Assembly (NCBI GenBank): GCA_040954595.2
Contig: CM082589.2
Coordinates: forward strand, 10,118,894 to 10,182,893
Reading direction: 5' to 3'
Length of the DNA stretch: 64,000 bases
Origin: Balanoglossus misakiensis
Lineage: Eukaryota; Animalia; Hemichordata
Under the pieces are notes generated by a model. It was not told where the DNA came from and ran no database searches. It saw only the letters and a program-made list of their open reading frames with translations. The position numbers and the translations under genes are program-made. This document shows, one piece after another, positions 43,801 to 54,066 of the stretch (the first letter of the stretch is position 1; every line of letters begins with the position of its first letter).

Positions 43801-46800
43801 TTTTACAACTATCCGTCGATCTACAGAGTCTAGTGGAAACGTTCTTATGCGCATAGGCCTATATATGTGTTCTGCGCATCACAACAGAATTTTGTAAACA
43901 AACGAGGCTGTGTTTGGTAGCAACCATGGACATTTTAGAACTATCTCTCGATCTACAGAGTCTATAGTGGAAAACTTTCTTATGCACATATGCCTATCTA
44001 TGTGTTCTGCGCCTCACAACAGAATTCGGTAAATAAACGAGGCTGTTTGGAAGCAACCATGGAAATTTTACAACTATCCGTCGATCTACAGAGTCTAGTG
44101 GAAAACGTTATTATGCGCATAGGCCTATATATGTGTTCTGCGCATCACAACAGAATTTTGTAAACAAACGAGGCTGTGTTTGGAAGCAACCATGGACATT
44201 TTAGAACTATCTCTCGATCTACAGAGTCTATAGTGGAAAACTTTCTTATGCACATAGGCTAACTATGTGTTCTGTGCCTTACAACAGAATTCGGTAAATA
44301 AACGAGGCTGTTTGGAAGCAACCATGGAAATTTTACAACTATCCGTCGATCTACAGAGTCTAGTGGAAAACGTTATTATGCGCATAGGCCTATATATGTG
44401 TTATGCGCATCACAACAGAATTTTGTAAACAAACGAGGCTGTGTTTGGAAGCAACCATGGTCATTTTAGAACTATCTCTCGATCTACAGAGTCTATAGTG
44501 GAAAACTTTCTTATGCACATATGCCTATCTATGTGTTCTGCGCCTCAAAACAGAATTCCGTAAATAAACGAGGCTGTTTGGAAGCAAACATGGAAATTTT
44601 AGAACTATCTCTCGATCTACAGAGTATAGTGGAAAACGTTCATATGCGCATAGGCCTATCTATGTGTTCTGCGCATCACAACAGAATTTTGTAAACAAAC
44701 CAGGCTTTGTTTGGAAGCAACCATGGACATTTTAGAACTATTCGTCGATCTACGGAGTCTAGTGGAAAACTTTCTTATGCGCATAGGCATATGTATGTGT
44801 TCTACGCATCACAACAGAATTCGGTAAATAAACGAGGCTGTTTGGAAACAACCATGGAAATTTTAGAACTATCCGTTGATCTAAAGTTGAAAAGTTTTTT
44901 ATGCGCATAGGCCTATCTATGTGTTCTGCGCCTCACAACAGAAATCGGTAAATAAACGAGGCTGTTTGGAAGCAACCATGGAAATTTTACAACTATCTCT
45001 CGATCTACAGAGTCTATAGTGGAAAACTTTCTTATTCACATATGCCTATCTATGTGTTCTGCGCCTCAAAACAGAATTCCGCAAATAAACGAGGCTGTTT
45101 GGAAGCAAACATGGAAGTTTTAGAACTATCTCTCGATCTACAGTGTATGGTGGAAAACGTTCATATGCGCATAGGCCTATCTATGTGTTCTGCGCATCAC
45201 AACAGAATTTTGTAAACAAACGAGGCTGTGTTTGGTAGCAACCATGGACATTTTAGAACTATCTCTCGATCTACAGAGTCTATAGTGGAAAACTTTCTTA
45301 TGCACATATGCCTATCTATGTGTTCTGCGCCTCACAACAGAATTCGGTAAATAAACGAGGCTGTTTGGAAGCAACCATGGAAATTTTACAACTATCCGTC
45401 GATCTACGGAGTCTGGTGGAAAACTTTCTTATGCGCATAGCCCTATATATGTGTTCTGCGCATCACAACAGAATTCGTAAACAAACGAGGTTGTTTGGAA
45501 GCAACCATGGAAATTTTACAACTATCCGTCGATCTACAGAGTCTAGTGGAAAAATGTCTTATGCGCATTGGCCTATCATGTGTTCTGCGCCTCACAACAG
45601 AAATCAGTAAATAAACGAGGCTGTTTGGAAGCAACCATGGAAATTTTACAACTATCAGTCCATCTACAGAGTCTGGTGGAAAACTTTCTTATGCGCATAG
45701 GCCTATAACGTGTTCTGCGCCTAACAACAGAATTCGGTAAATAAACGAGGCTGTTTGGAAGCAACCATGGAAATTTTACAAAAATCCGTCGATCTACAGA
45801 GTCTGGTGGAAAACTTTCTTATGCGCATAGGCCTATAACGTGTTCTGCGCCTAACAACAGAATTCGGTAAATAAACGAGGCTGTTTGGAAGCAACCATGG
45901 AAATTTTACAACTATCCGTCGATCTACAGAGTCTAGTGGAAAACGTTATAATGCGCATAGGCCTATCTATGTGTTATGCGCATCACAACAGAAATCGGTA
46001 AATAAACGAGGCTGTATTTGGAAGCAACCATGAACATTTTACAACTATCCGTCGATCTACAGAGTCTAGTGGAAAACGTTCTTATGCGCATAGGCCTATA
46101 TATGTGTTCTGCGCATCACAACAGAATTCGGTAAACAAACGAGGTTGTTTGGAAGCAACCATGGAAATTTTACAACTATCCGTCGATCTACAGAGTCTAG
46201 TGGAAAAATGTCGTATGCGCATAGGCCTATCATGTGTTCTGCGCCTCAAAACAGAATTCAGTAAATAAACAAGGCTGTTTGCAAGCAAACATGGAAATTT
46301 TACAGCTATCCGTCGATCTACAGAGTCTAGTGGAAAACGTTCTTTTGCGCATAGGCCTATATATATGTTATGCGCATCACAACAGAAATCGGTAAATAAA
46401 CGAGGCTGTATTTGGAAGCAACCATGGACATTTTACAACTATCCGTCGATCTACAGAGTCCTGTGGAAAACTTTCTAATGCGCATAGGCCTATTACGTGT
46501 TCTGCGCCTCACAACAGAATTCCGTAAATAAACGAGGCTGTTTGGAAGCAAACATGGAAATTTTACAGCTATCCGTCGATCTACAGAGTCTAGTGGAAAA
46601 CGTTCTTTTGCGCATAGGCCTATATATGTGTTATGCGCATCACAACAGAAATCGGTAAATAAACGAGGCTGTATTTGGAAGCAACCGTGGACATTTTACA
46701 TCTATCCGTCGATCTACAGAGTCTTGTGGAAAACTTTCTAATGCGCATAGGTCTATTACGTGTTCTGCGCCTCACAACAGAATTCGGTAAATAAACGAGG

Positions 46801-49730
46801 CTGTTTGGAAGCAACCATGGAAATTTTAGAACTATCCGTCGATCTACAGAGTCTAGTGGAAAAATGTCTTATGCGCATAGGCCTATCATGTGTTCTGCGC
46901 CTCACAACAGAAATCGGTAAATAAACGAGGCAGTTTGGAAGCAACCATGGAAATTTTACAGCTATCCGTCGATCTACAGAGTCTAGTGGAAAACGTTCTT
47001 ATGCGCATAGGCCTATATATGTGTTCTGCGCATCACAACAGAATTTTGTAAACAAACGAGGCTGTGTTTGGAAGCAACCATGGAAATTTTAGAACTATCT
47101 CTCGATCTACAGAGTCTATAGTGGAAAACTTTCTTATGCACATATGCCTATCTATGTGTTCTGCGCCTCAAAACAGAATTCCGTAAATAAACGAGGCTGT
47201 TTGGAAGCAAACATGGAAATTTTAGAACTATCTCTCGATCTACAGAGTATAGTGGGAAACGTTCATATGCGCATAGGCCTATATATGTGTTCTGCGCATC
47301 ACAACAGAATTTTGTAAACAAACGAGGCTTTGTTTGGAAGCAACCATGGACATTTTAGAACTATCTCTCGATCTACAGAGTCTATAGTGGAAAACTTTCT
47401 TATTCACATATGCCTATCTATGTGTTCTGCGCCTCAAAACAGAATTCCGCAAATAAACGAGGCTGTTTGGAAGCAAACATGGAAGTTTTAGAACTATCTC
47501 TCGATCTACAGTGTATGGTGGAAAACGTTCATATGCGCATAGGCCTATCTATGTGTTCTGCGCATCACAACAGAATTTTGTAAACAAACGAGGCTGTGTT
47601 TGGTAGCAACCATGGACATTTTAGAACTATCTCTCGATCTACAGAGTCTATAGTGGAAAACTTTCTTATGCACATATGCCTATCTATGTGTTCTGCGCCT
47701 CACAACAGAATTCGGTAAATAAACGAGGCTGTTTGGAAGCAACCATGGAAATTTTACAACTATCCGTCGATCTACGGAGTCTGGTGGAAAACTTTCTTAT
47801 GCGCATAGCCCTATATATGTGTTCTGCGCATCACAACAGAATTCGTAAACAAACGAGGTTGTTTGGAAGCAACCATGGAAATTTTACAACTATCCGTCGA
47901 TCTACAGAGTCTAGTGGAAAAATGTCTTATGCGCATTGGCCTATCATGTGTTCTGCGCCTCACAACAGAAATCAGTAAATAAACGAGGCTGTTTGGAAGC
48001 AACCATGGAAATTTTACAACTATCAGTCCATCTACAGAGTCTGGTGGAAAACTTTCTTATGCGCATAGGCCTATAACGTGTTCTGCGCCTAACAACAGAA
48101 TTCGGTAAATAAACGAGGCTGTTTGGAAGCAACCATGGAAATTTTACAAAAATCCGTCGATCTACAGAGTCTGGTGGAAAACTTTCTTATGCGCATAGGC
48201 CTATAACGTGTTCTGCGCCTAACAACAGAATTCGGTAAATAAACGAGGCTGTTTGGAAGCAACCATGGAAATTTTACAACTATCCGTCGATCTACAGAGT
48301 CTAGTGGAAAACGTTATAATGCGCATAGGCCTATCTATGTGTTATGCGCATCACAACAGAAATCGGTAAATAAACGAGGCTGTATTTGGAAGCAACCATG
48401 AACATTTTACAACTATCCGTCGATCTACAGAGTCTAGTGGAAAACGTTCTTATGCGCATAGGCCTATATATGTGTTCTGCGCATCACAACAGAATTCGGT
48501 AAACAAACGAGGTTGTTTGGAAGCAACCATGGAAATTTTACAACTATCCGTCGATCTACAGAGTCTAGTGGAAAAATGTCGTATGCGCATAGGCCTATCA
48601 TGTGTTCTGCGCCTCAAAACAGAATTCCGTAAATAAACAAGGCTGTTTGCAAGCAAACATGGAAATTTTACAGCTATCCGTCGATCTACAGAGTCTAGTG
48701 GAAAACGTTCTTTTGCGCATAGGCCTATATATATGTTATGCGCATCACAACAGAAATCGGTAAATAAACGAGGCTGTATTTGGAAGCAACCATGGACATT
48801 TTACAACTATCCGTCGATCTACAGAGTCCTGTGGAAAACTTTCTAATGCGCATAGGCCTATTACGTGTTCTGCGCCTCACAACAGAATTCCGTAAATAAA
48901 CGAGGCTGTTTGGAAGCAAACATGGAAATTTTACAGCTATCCGTCGATCTACAGAGTCTAGTGGAAAACGTTCTTTTGCGCATAGGCCTATATATGTGTT
49001 ATGCGCATCACAACAGAAATCGGTAAATAAACGAGGCTGTATTTGGAAGCAACCGTGGACATTTTACATCTATCCGTCGATCTACAGAGTCTTGTGGAAA
49101 ACTTTCTAATGCGCATAGGTCTATTACGTGTTCTGCGCCTCACAACAGAATTCGGTAAATAAACGAGGCTGTTTGGAAGCAACCATGGAAATTTTAGAAC
49201 TATCCGTCGATCTACAGAGTCTAGTGGAAAAATGTCTTATGCGCATAGGCCTATCATGTGTTCTGCGCCTCACAACAGAAATCGGTAAATAAACGAGGCA
49301 GTTTGGAAGCAACCATGGAAATTTTACAGCTATCCGTCGATCTACAGAGTCTAGTGGAAAACGTTCTTATGCGCATAGGCCTATATATGTGTTCTGCGCA
49401 TCACAACAGAATTTTGTAAACAAACGAGGCTGTGTTTGGAAGCAACCATGGAAATTTTAGAACTATCTCTCGATCTACAGAGTCTATAGTGGAAAACTTT
49501 CTTATGCACATATGCCTATCTATGTGTTCTGCGCCTCAAAACAGAATTCCGTAAATAAACGAGGCTGTTTGGAAGCAAACATGGAAATTTTAGAACTATC
49601 TCTCGATCTACAGAGTATAGTGGGAAACGTTCATATGCGCATAGGCCTATATATGTGTTCTGCGCATCACAACAGAATTTTGTAAACAAACGAGGCTTTG
49701 TTTGGAAGCAACCATGGACATTTTAGAACT
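37850..49730. repeat. Overlapping 17-, 24- and 18-monomer higher-order duplications (periods 2240, 3150, 2368 bp)
   Basis: ORF offsets: 37952/40192 and 39317/41557 (2240); 41557/44707 and 42158/45308 (3150); 45308/47676 and 46756/49124 (2368). Confidence 0.85.
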
Positions 49731-52445
49731 ATCCGTCGATCTACAGAGTCTAGTGGAAAAATTTCTTATGCGCATGGGCCTATCATGTGTTCTGCGCCTC
49801 ACAACAGAAATCGGTAAATAAACGAGGCTGTTTGGAAGCAACCATGGAAATTTTAGAACTATCCGTCGATCTAAAAGGTCTAGTGGAAAACGTTCTTATG
49901 CGCATAGGCCTATCTATGTGTTCTGCGCATCACAACAGAATTTTGTAAACAAACGAGGCTGTGTTTTGAGGCAACCATGTATATTTTAGAACTATCTCTC
50001 GATCTACAGAGTCTAGTGGAAAACTTTCTTATGCGCATAGTCCTAGCTATGTGTTCTGCGCATTACAACAGAATTTTGTAAACAAACGAGGTTGTGTTTG
50101 GAATCAACCATGGAAATTTTAGAACTATCCGTCGATCTACAGTGAAAAAGTTTCTTATGCGCATAGGCCTATCATGTGTTCTGCGCATCACTGCAGAATT
50201 TTGTAAACAAACGAGGCTGTGTTTGGAAGCAACCATGGAAATTTTAGAACTATCCGTCGATCTATAGAGTCTAGTGGAAAACGTTCTTATGCGCATAGGC
50301 CTATCTATGTGTTCTGCGCATTACAACAGAATTTGGAAATAAACGAGGCTGTGTTTGGAAGCAACCATGGAAATTTTAGAACTATCCGTCGATCTGCAGA
50401 GTCTAGTAAAAAACTTTCTTATGCGCATAGGCCTATCACGTGTTCTGCGCCTCACAACAGAATTCGGTAAATAAACGAGGCTGTTTGGAAGCAACCATGG
50501 AAATTTTACAACTATCCGTCGATCTACAGAGTCTAGTGGAAAAGTTTCTTATGCACATAGGCCTATCTATGTGATCTGCGCATCACAGCAGAATTCGGTA
50601 AATAAACAAGGCTGTTTGAAATCAACCATGGACATTTTAGAACTATCCGTCGATCTACAGAGTCTAGTGGAAAACTTTCTTATGCGCATAGGCCTAGCTA
50701 TGTGTTCTGCGCATCACAAAAGAATTTTGTAAACAAACGAGGCTGTGTTTGGAAGCAACCATGGAAATTTTAGAACTATCTCTCGATCTACAGAGTCTAT
50801 GGAAATTTTAGAACTATCCGTCGATCTACAGTGAAAAAGTTTCTTATGCGCATAGGCCTATCATGTGTTCTGCGCATCACTGCAGACTTTTGTAAACAAA
50901 CGAGACTGTGTTTGGAAGCAACCTTGGAAATTTTAGAACTATCTCTCGATCTACAGAGTCTAGTGGAAAACTTTCTAATGCGCATAGGCCTATCACGTGT
51001 TCTGCGCCTCACAACATAATTCGGTAAATAAACGAGGCTGTTTGGAAGCAAGTATGGATATTTTAGAACTATCCGTCGATCTACAGAGTCTAGTGGAAAA
51101 ATTCTTATGCGCATAGGCCTATCATGTGTTCTGCGCATCACAACAGAATTCATTAAATAAACGAGGCTGTTTGGAAGCAACCATGGACATTTTAGAACTA
51201 TCCGTCGATCTACAGAGTCTAGTGGAAAAATTTCTTATGCGCATAGGCCTATCATGTGTTCTGCGCCTCACAACAGAAATCGGTAAATTAACGAGGCTGT
51301 TTGGAAGCAACCATGGCAATTTTAGAACTATCCGTCGATCTACAGAGTCTAGTGGAAAACTTTCTTATGCGCATAGGCCTATCACGTGTTCTGCGCCTAA
51401 CAACAGAATTCGGTAAATAAACGAGGCTGTTTGGAAGCAACTATGGAAATTTTAGAACTACCCGTCGATCTACAGAGTCTAGTGGAAAAATTTCTTATGC
51501 GCATAGTCCTATCATGTGTTCTGCGCCTTACAACAGAATTCGGTAAATAAACGAGGCTGTTTGGAAGCAACCATTGAAATTTTACAACTATCCGTCGATC
51601 TACAGAGTATAGTGGAAAACTTTCTTATGCGTATAGGCCTATCATGTGTTCAGCGCCTCACAACAGAAATCGGTAAATAAACGAGGCTGTTTAGAAGCAC
51701 CCATGTAAATTTTAGAACTATCCATCGATCTACAGAGTCTAGTGGAAAACGTTCTTTTGCGCATAGGCCTATCTATGTGTTCTGCGCATCACAAAATAAT
51801 TTTGTAAACAAACGAGGCTGTTTGGAAGCAACCACGGAAATTTTTGAACTATCTCTCGATCTACACAGTCTAGTGGAAAAATTTCTTATGAGCATGGGCC
51901 TATCATGTGTTCTGCGCCTCACAACAGAAATCGGTAAATAAACGAGGCTGTTTGGAAGCAACCATGGAAATTTTAGAACTATCCGTCGATCTTCAGCGTC
52001 TAGTGGAAAACTTTCTTATGCGCATAGGCCTATCTATGTGTTCAGCGCCTCACAACAGAAATCGGTAAATAAACGAGGCTGTTTGGAAACAACCATGGAA
52101 ATTTTAGAACTATCCGTCGATCTAAAAGGTCTAGTGGAAAACGTTCTTATGCGCATAGGCCTATCTATGTGTTCTGCGCATCACAACAGATTTTTGTAAA
52201 CAAACGAGGCTGTGTTTTGAGGCAACCATGGATATTTTAGAACTATCTCTCGATCTACAGAGTCTAGTGGAAAACTTTCTTATGCACATAGGCCTATCTA
52301 TGTGTTATGTGCCTCACAACAGAATTCGGTAAACAAACGAGGTTGTTTGGAAGCAACCATGGGCATTTTGGAACTATCCGTCGATCCACAGAGTCTAGTG
52401 GAAAACGTTCTTATGCGCATAGGCCTATCTATGTGTTCTGCGCAT
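49730..52445. repeat. Diverged monomeric edge of the satellite array
   Basis: Monomers carry many private substitutions (e.g. CTAAAAGGTC, GTTTTGAGGC, CACTGCAGAA, GCAAGTATGG) and include a truncated unit at 50761-50798. No recurring long ORF pattern. Confidence 0.85.
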
Positions 52446-52569
52446 TTTACTTTTGCCACTCCACTCAAAGTAAGCATCGGTGTGGTGGTGTGGCAAGTAG
52501 TCTGCCCTTGTACACTAGACAAACCAGGCAATAAATGAAATGTAGCGAAGAATGGAGGGGTGGGTGTGG

Positions 52570-52789
52570 GATGGGGTGTCCCCCTCCCATATTAGAAAAT
52601 CTTGTAAAATTAAGGGCGCGAAACTGCAATTTTGTGGACTCAAAGCAAAAGTTTTGCGGTAAAAGTATGTGACCCCCTAAACGTTTAAAAAAAAAAGATT
52701 ACCCCCACTTTCGGACTTCAAAATTTAAGTGACCCCCCCCCCCTGGATTTTGCCGCCCCACCCGGCCGTAAAAACTGAATGGTCCCTTA
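52570..52789. mobile_element. MITE remnant(s), PIF/Harbinger-like right end
   Basis: C-run-rich body ending GGCCGTAAAAACTGAATGGTCCC|TTA (GGG-type terminus followed by TTA). No matching left TIR found. Confidence 0.4.
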
Positions 52790-53031
52790 CCCATATACGC
52801 GACTTCCATTAATAAATTTGAAGAATAAGAGATCCTCTCCGTAAATAGGCCTTATTGGGGGTCAAAACTACCGAAAGAAGACCCTGCCCCAACTCCCCTT
52901 TAAACCAACTAATTCACACCGGGTTAGTTTTGTTTCTTTCATATTTGAATGAGAATTAAAATGCCGCAGGAAATTCTGCTGGCGTCCTTAGGATACGAGA
53001 TCGGGAACTTTCAAAAGTTCCGCAGAATATA

Positions 53032-53047
53032 CCCCAAGAGGGCGCTG
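53032..53047 (+). promoter_or_regulatory. CTCF-like motif
   Basis: CCCCAAGAGGGCGCTG matches the CTCF core CCnnnAGRKGGCRC; lies in a CpG-containing stretch about 590 bp from the array end. Confidence 0.45.
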
Positions 53048-53289
53048 TTGCTGACCTTCGACCCGTTTCCTTTGACCAGTTCTGTGTCTTCGTTGTAAAC
53101 ACATGTGTGACACGCAGGCTAGAGAATCTGCCAGTTTTTTCTGTCGTCAACTCCAATGTCGCCTTTTCTATGGACGTTAGTTGGCCAGTGTTTGTTACAC
53201 ATCCAGGACGGTGTCATATTTCTCTGAAAGAATAGCGGAAAACATGCAAAGCCAAGGAGCGAGCAAGTACCAGCTGTTTTCTGCAAGTC

Positions 53290-53348
53290 ATGGGTTCAGG
53301 CCCCCCACACTGTCCACCATCATTATTCCTATATACAGATTTGGCGGA
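53290..53348 (+). CDS. Candidate first coding exon (MGSGPPHCPPSLFLYTDLA, phase 2)
   Basis: gtcATGG start and donor GA|GTGAGT at 53349. Phase 2 is compatible with the exon at 59821. No recognisable homology; an out-of-frame upstream ATG lies at 53244. Confidence 0.25.
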
Positions 53349-54066
53349 GTGAGTATTGAAACATTACAGTATTTAGTGTGTTTTAAGATATCACTGATAG
53401 TTTTCACGACTTAATGTGTGGGTAGAATCACATTCATCGCGATAACGTTACTGTAGTCCCCTGATTCAGTCCGTAAACAAGGTAAGCTTGAGACATGGAC
53501 GATCGACAATCAGTTTCCGCTGTTGATTTCGCCCTATCGCAACTTAGTAACTGGGGCCGAGTGATGCTCCATTATTTAAAGTTCATGACTATTGACACCA
53601 ATTGCAAAATATCAATGTTAAGGCGTGCTTTCAGAGAATATTCAACCAGAAAACCGACAACAATTGATGACCTCATGTGACCTTTACTGGTTGAATCAGG
53701 CGACCACTGCAGTGTGATTCCAACGTTTGTGGGAAGACCACAGGGAGCTCTTCCTCCTGCTTTGCAGTGTGTGTGTGTGTTTGTTTAATATAAAAATGTG
53801 TGACAAAAATATGTATGTTTACAAATATTGTCAAGATTGTTTGTTTGTTGAGAGGTTAAGGGGAGTAACCCTTTCTGTTCAATATACCCACAAAGGTGAA
53901 CAAATTTGTAAACAAACATATTTTTCACAGAGTAGTTTTATTATATCCGCATTGCATCCAGCATGATCGCAGAAAACATCACCAATAAACCAAAATTGGA
54001 GTTGATGGCTTGGCTTTATTTGGGACTATCATTGTTTGGTTATAGTCCATGGGCCAGAGACCGACA

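Larger units (their letters stand above)
1..52445. repeat. Tandem satellite DNA array, ~130-133 bp monomer, about 400 copies, runs off the left edge of the window
   Basis: Approximate consensus TATCCGTCGATCTACAGAGTCTAGTGGAAAACGTTCTTATGCGCATAGGCCTATCTATGTGTTCTGCGCATCACAACAGAATTCGGTAAATAAACGAGGCTGTTTGGAAGCAACCATGGAAATTTTACAAC. Monomer starts at 1, 131, 264, 397, etc. One orientation throughout and no foreign insertion seen. The last copy breaks off at ...GTGTTCTGCGCAT (52445). Confidence 0.99.

Noticed and set aside
1-52445. CRISPR array
   Set aside because: No unique spacers: the whole unit is repeated. No cas genes, and the context is eukaryotic.
1-52445. 5S rRNA, tRNA or snRNA tandem gene cluster
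   Set aside because: Unit size is similar, but I see no 5S sequence, Pol III boxes, cloverleaf or gene-plus-spacer layout.
1-52445. Satellite-encoded hammerhead ribozyme
   Set aside because: No CTGANGA core in the consensus on either strand. An Infernal/Rfam scan would be the formal test.
763-52538. The many short ORFs (60-127 aa) such as MFGSNHGNFRTI... and MLPNSLVYLP...
   Set aside because: They are translations of the satellite monomer on both strands. Variable monomer lengths (130-133 bp) break the frame, and there are no domains or splice structure.
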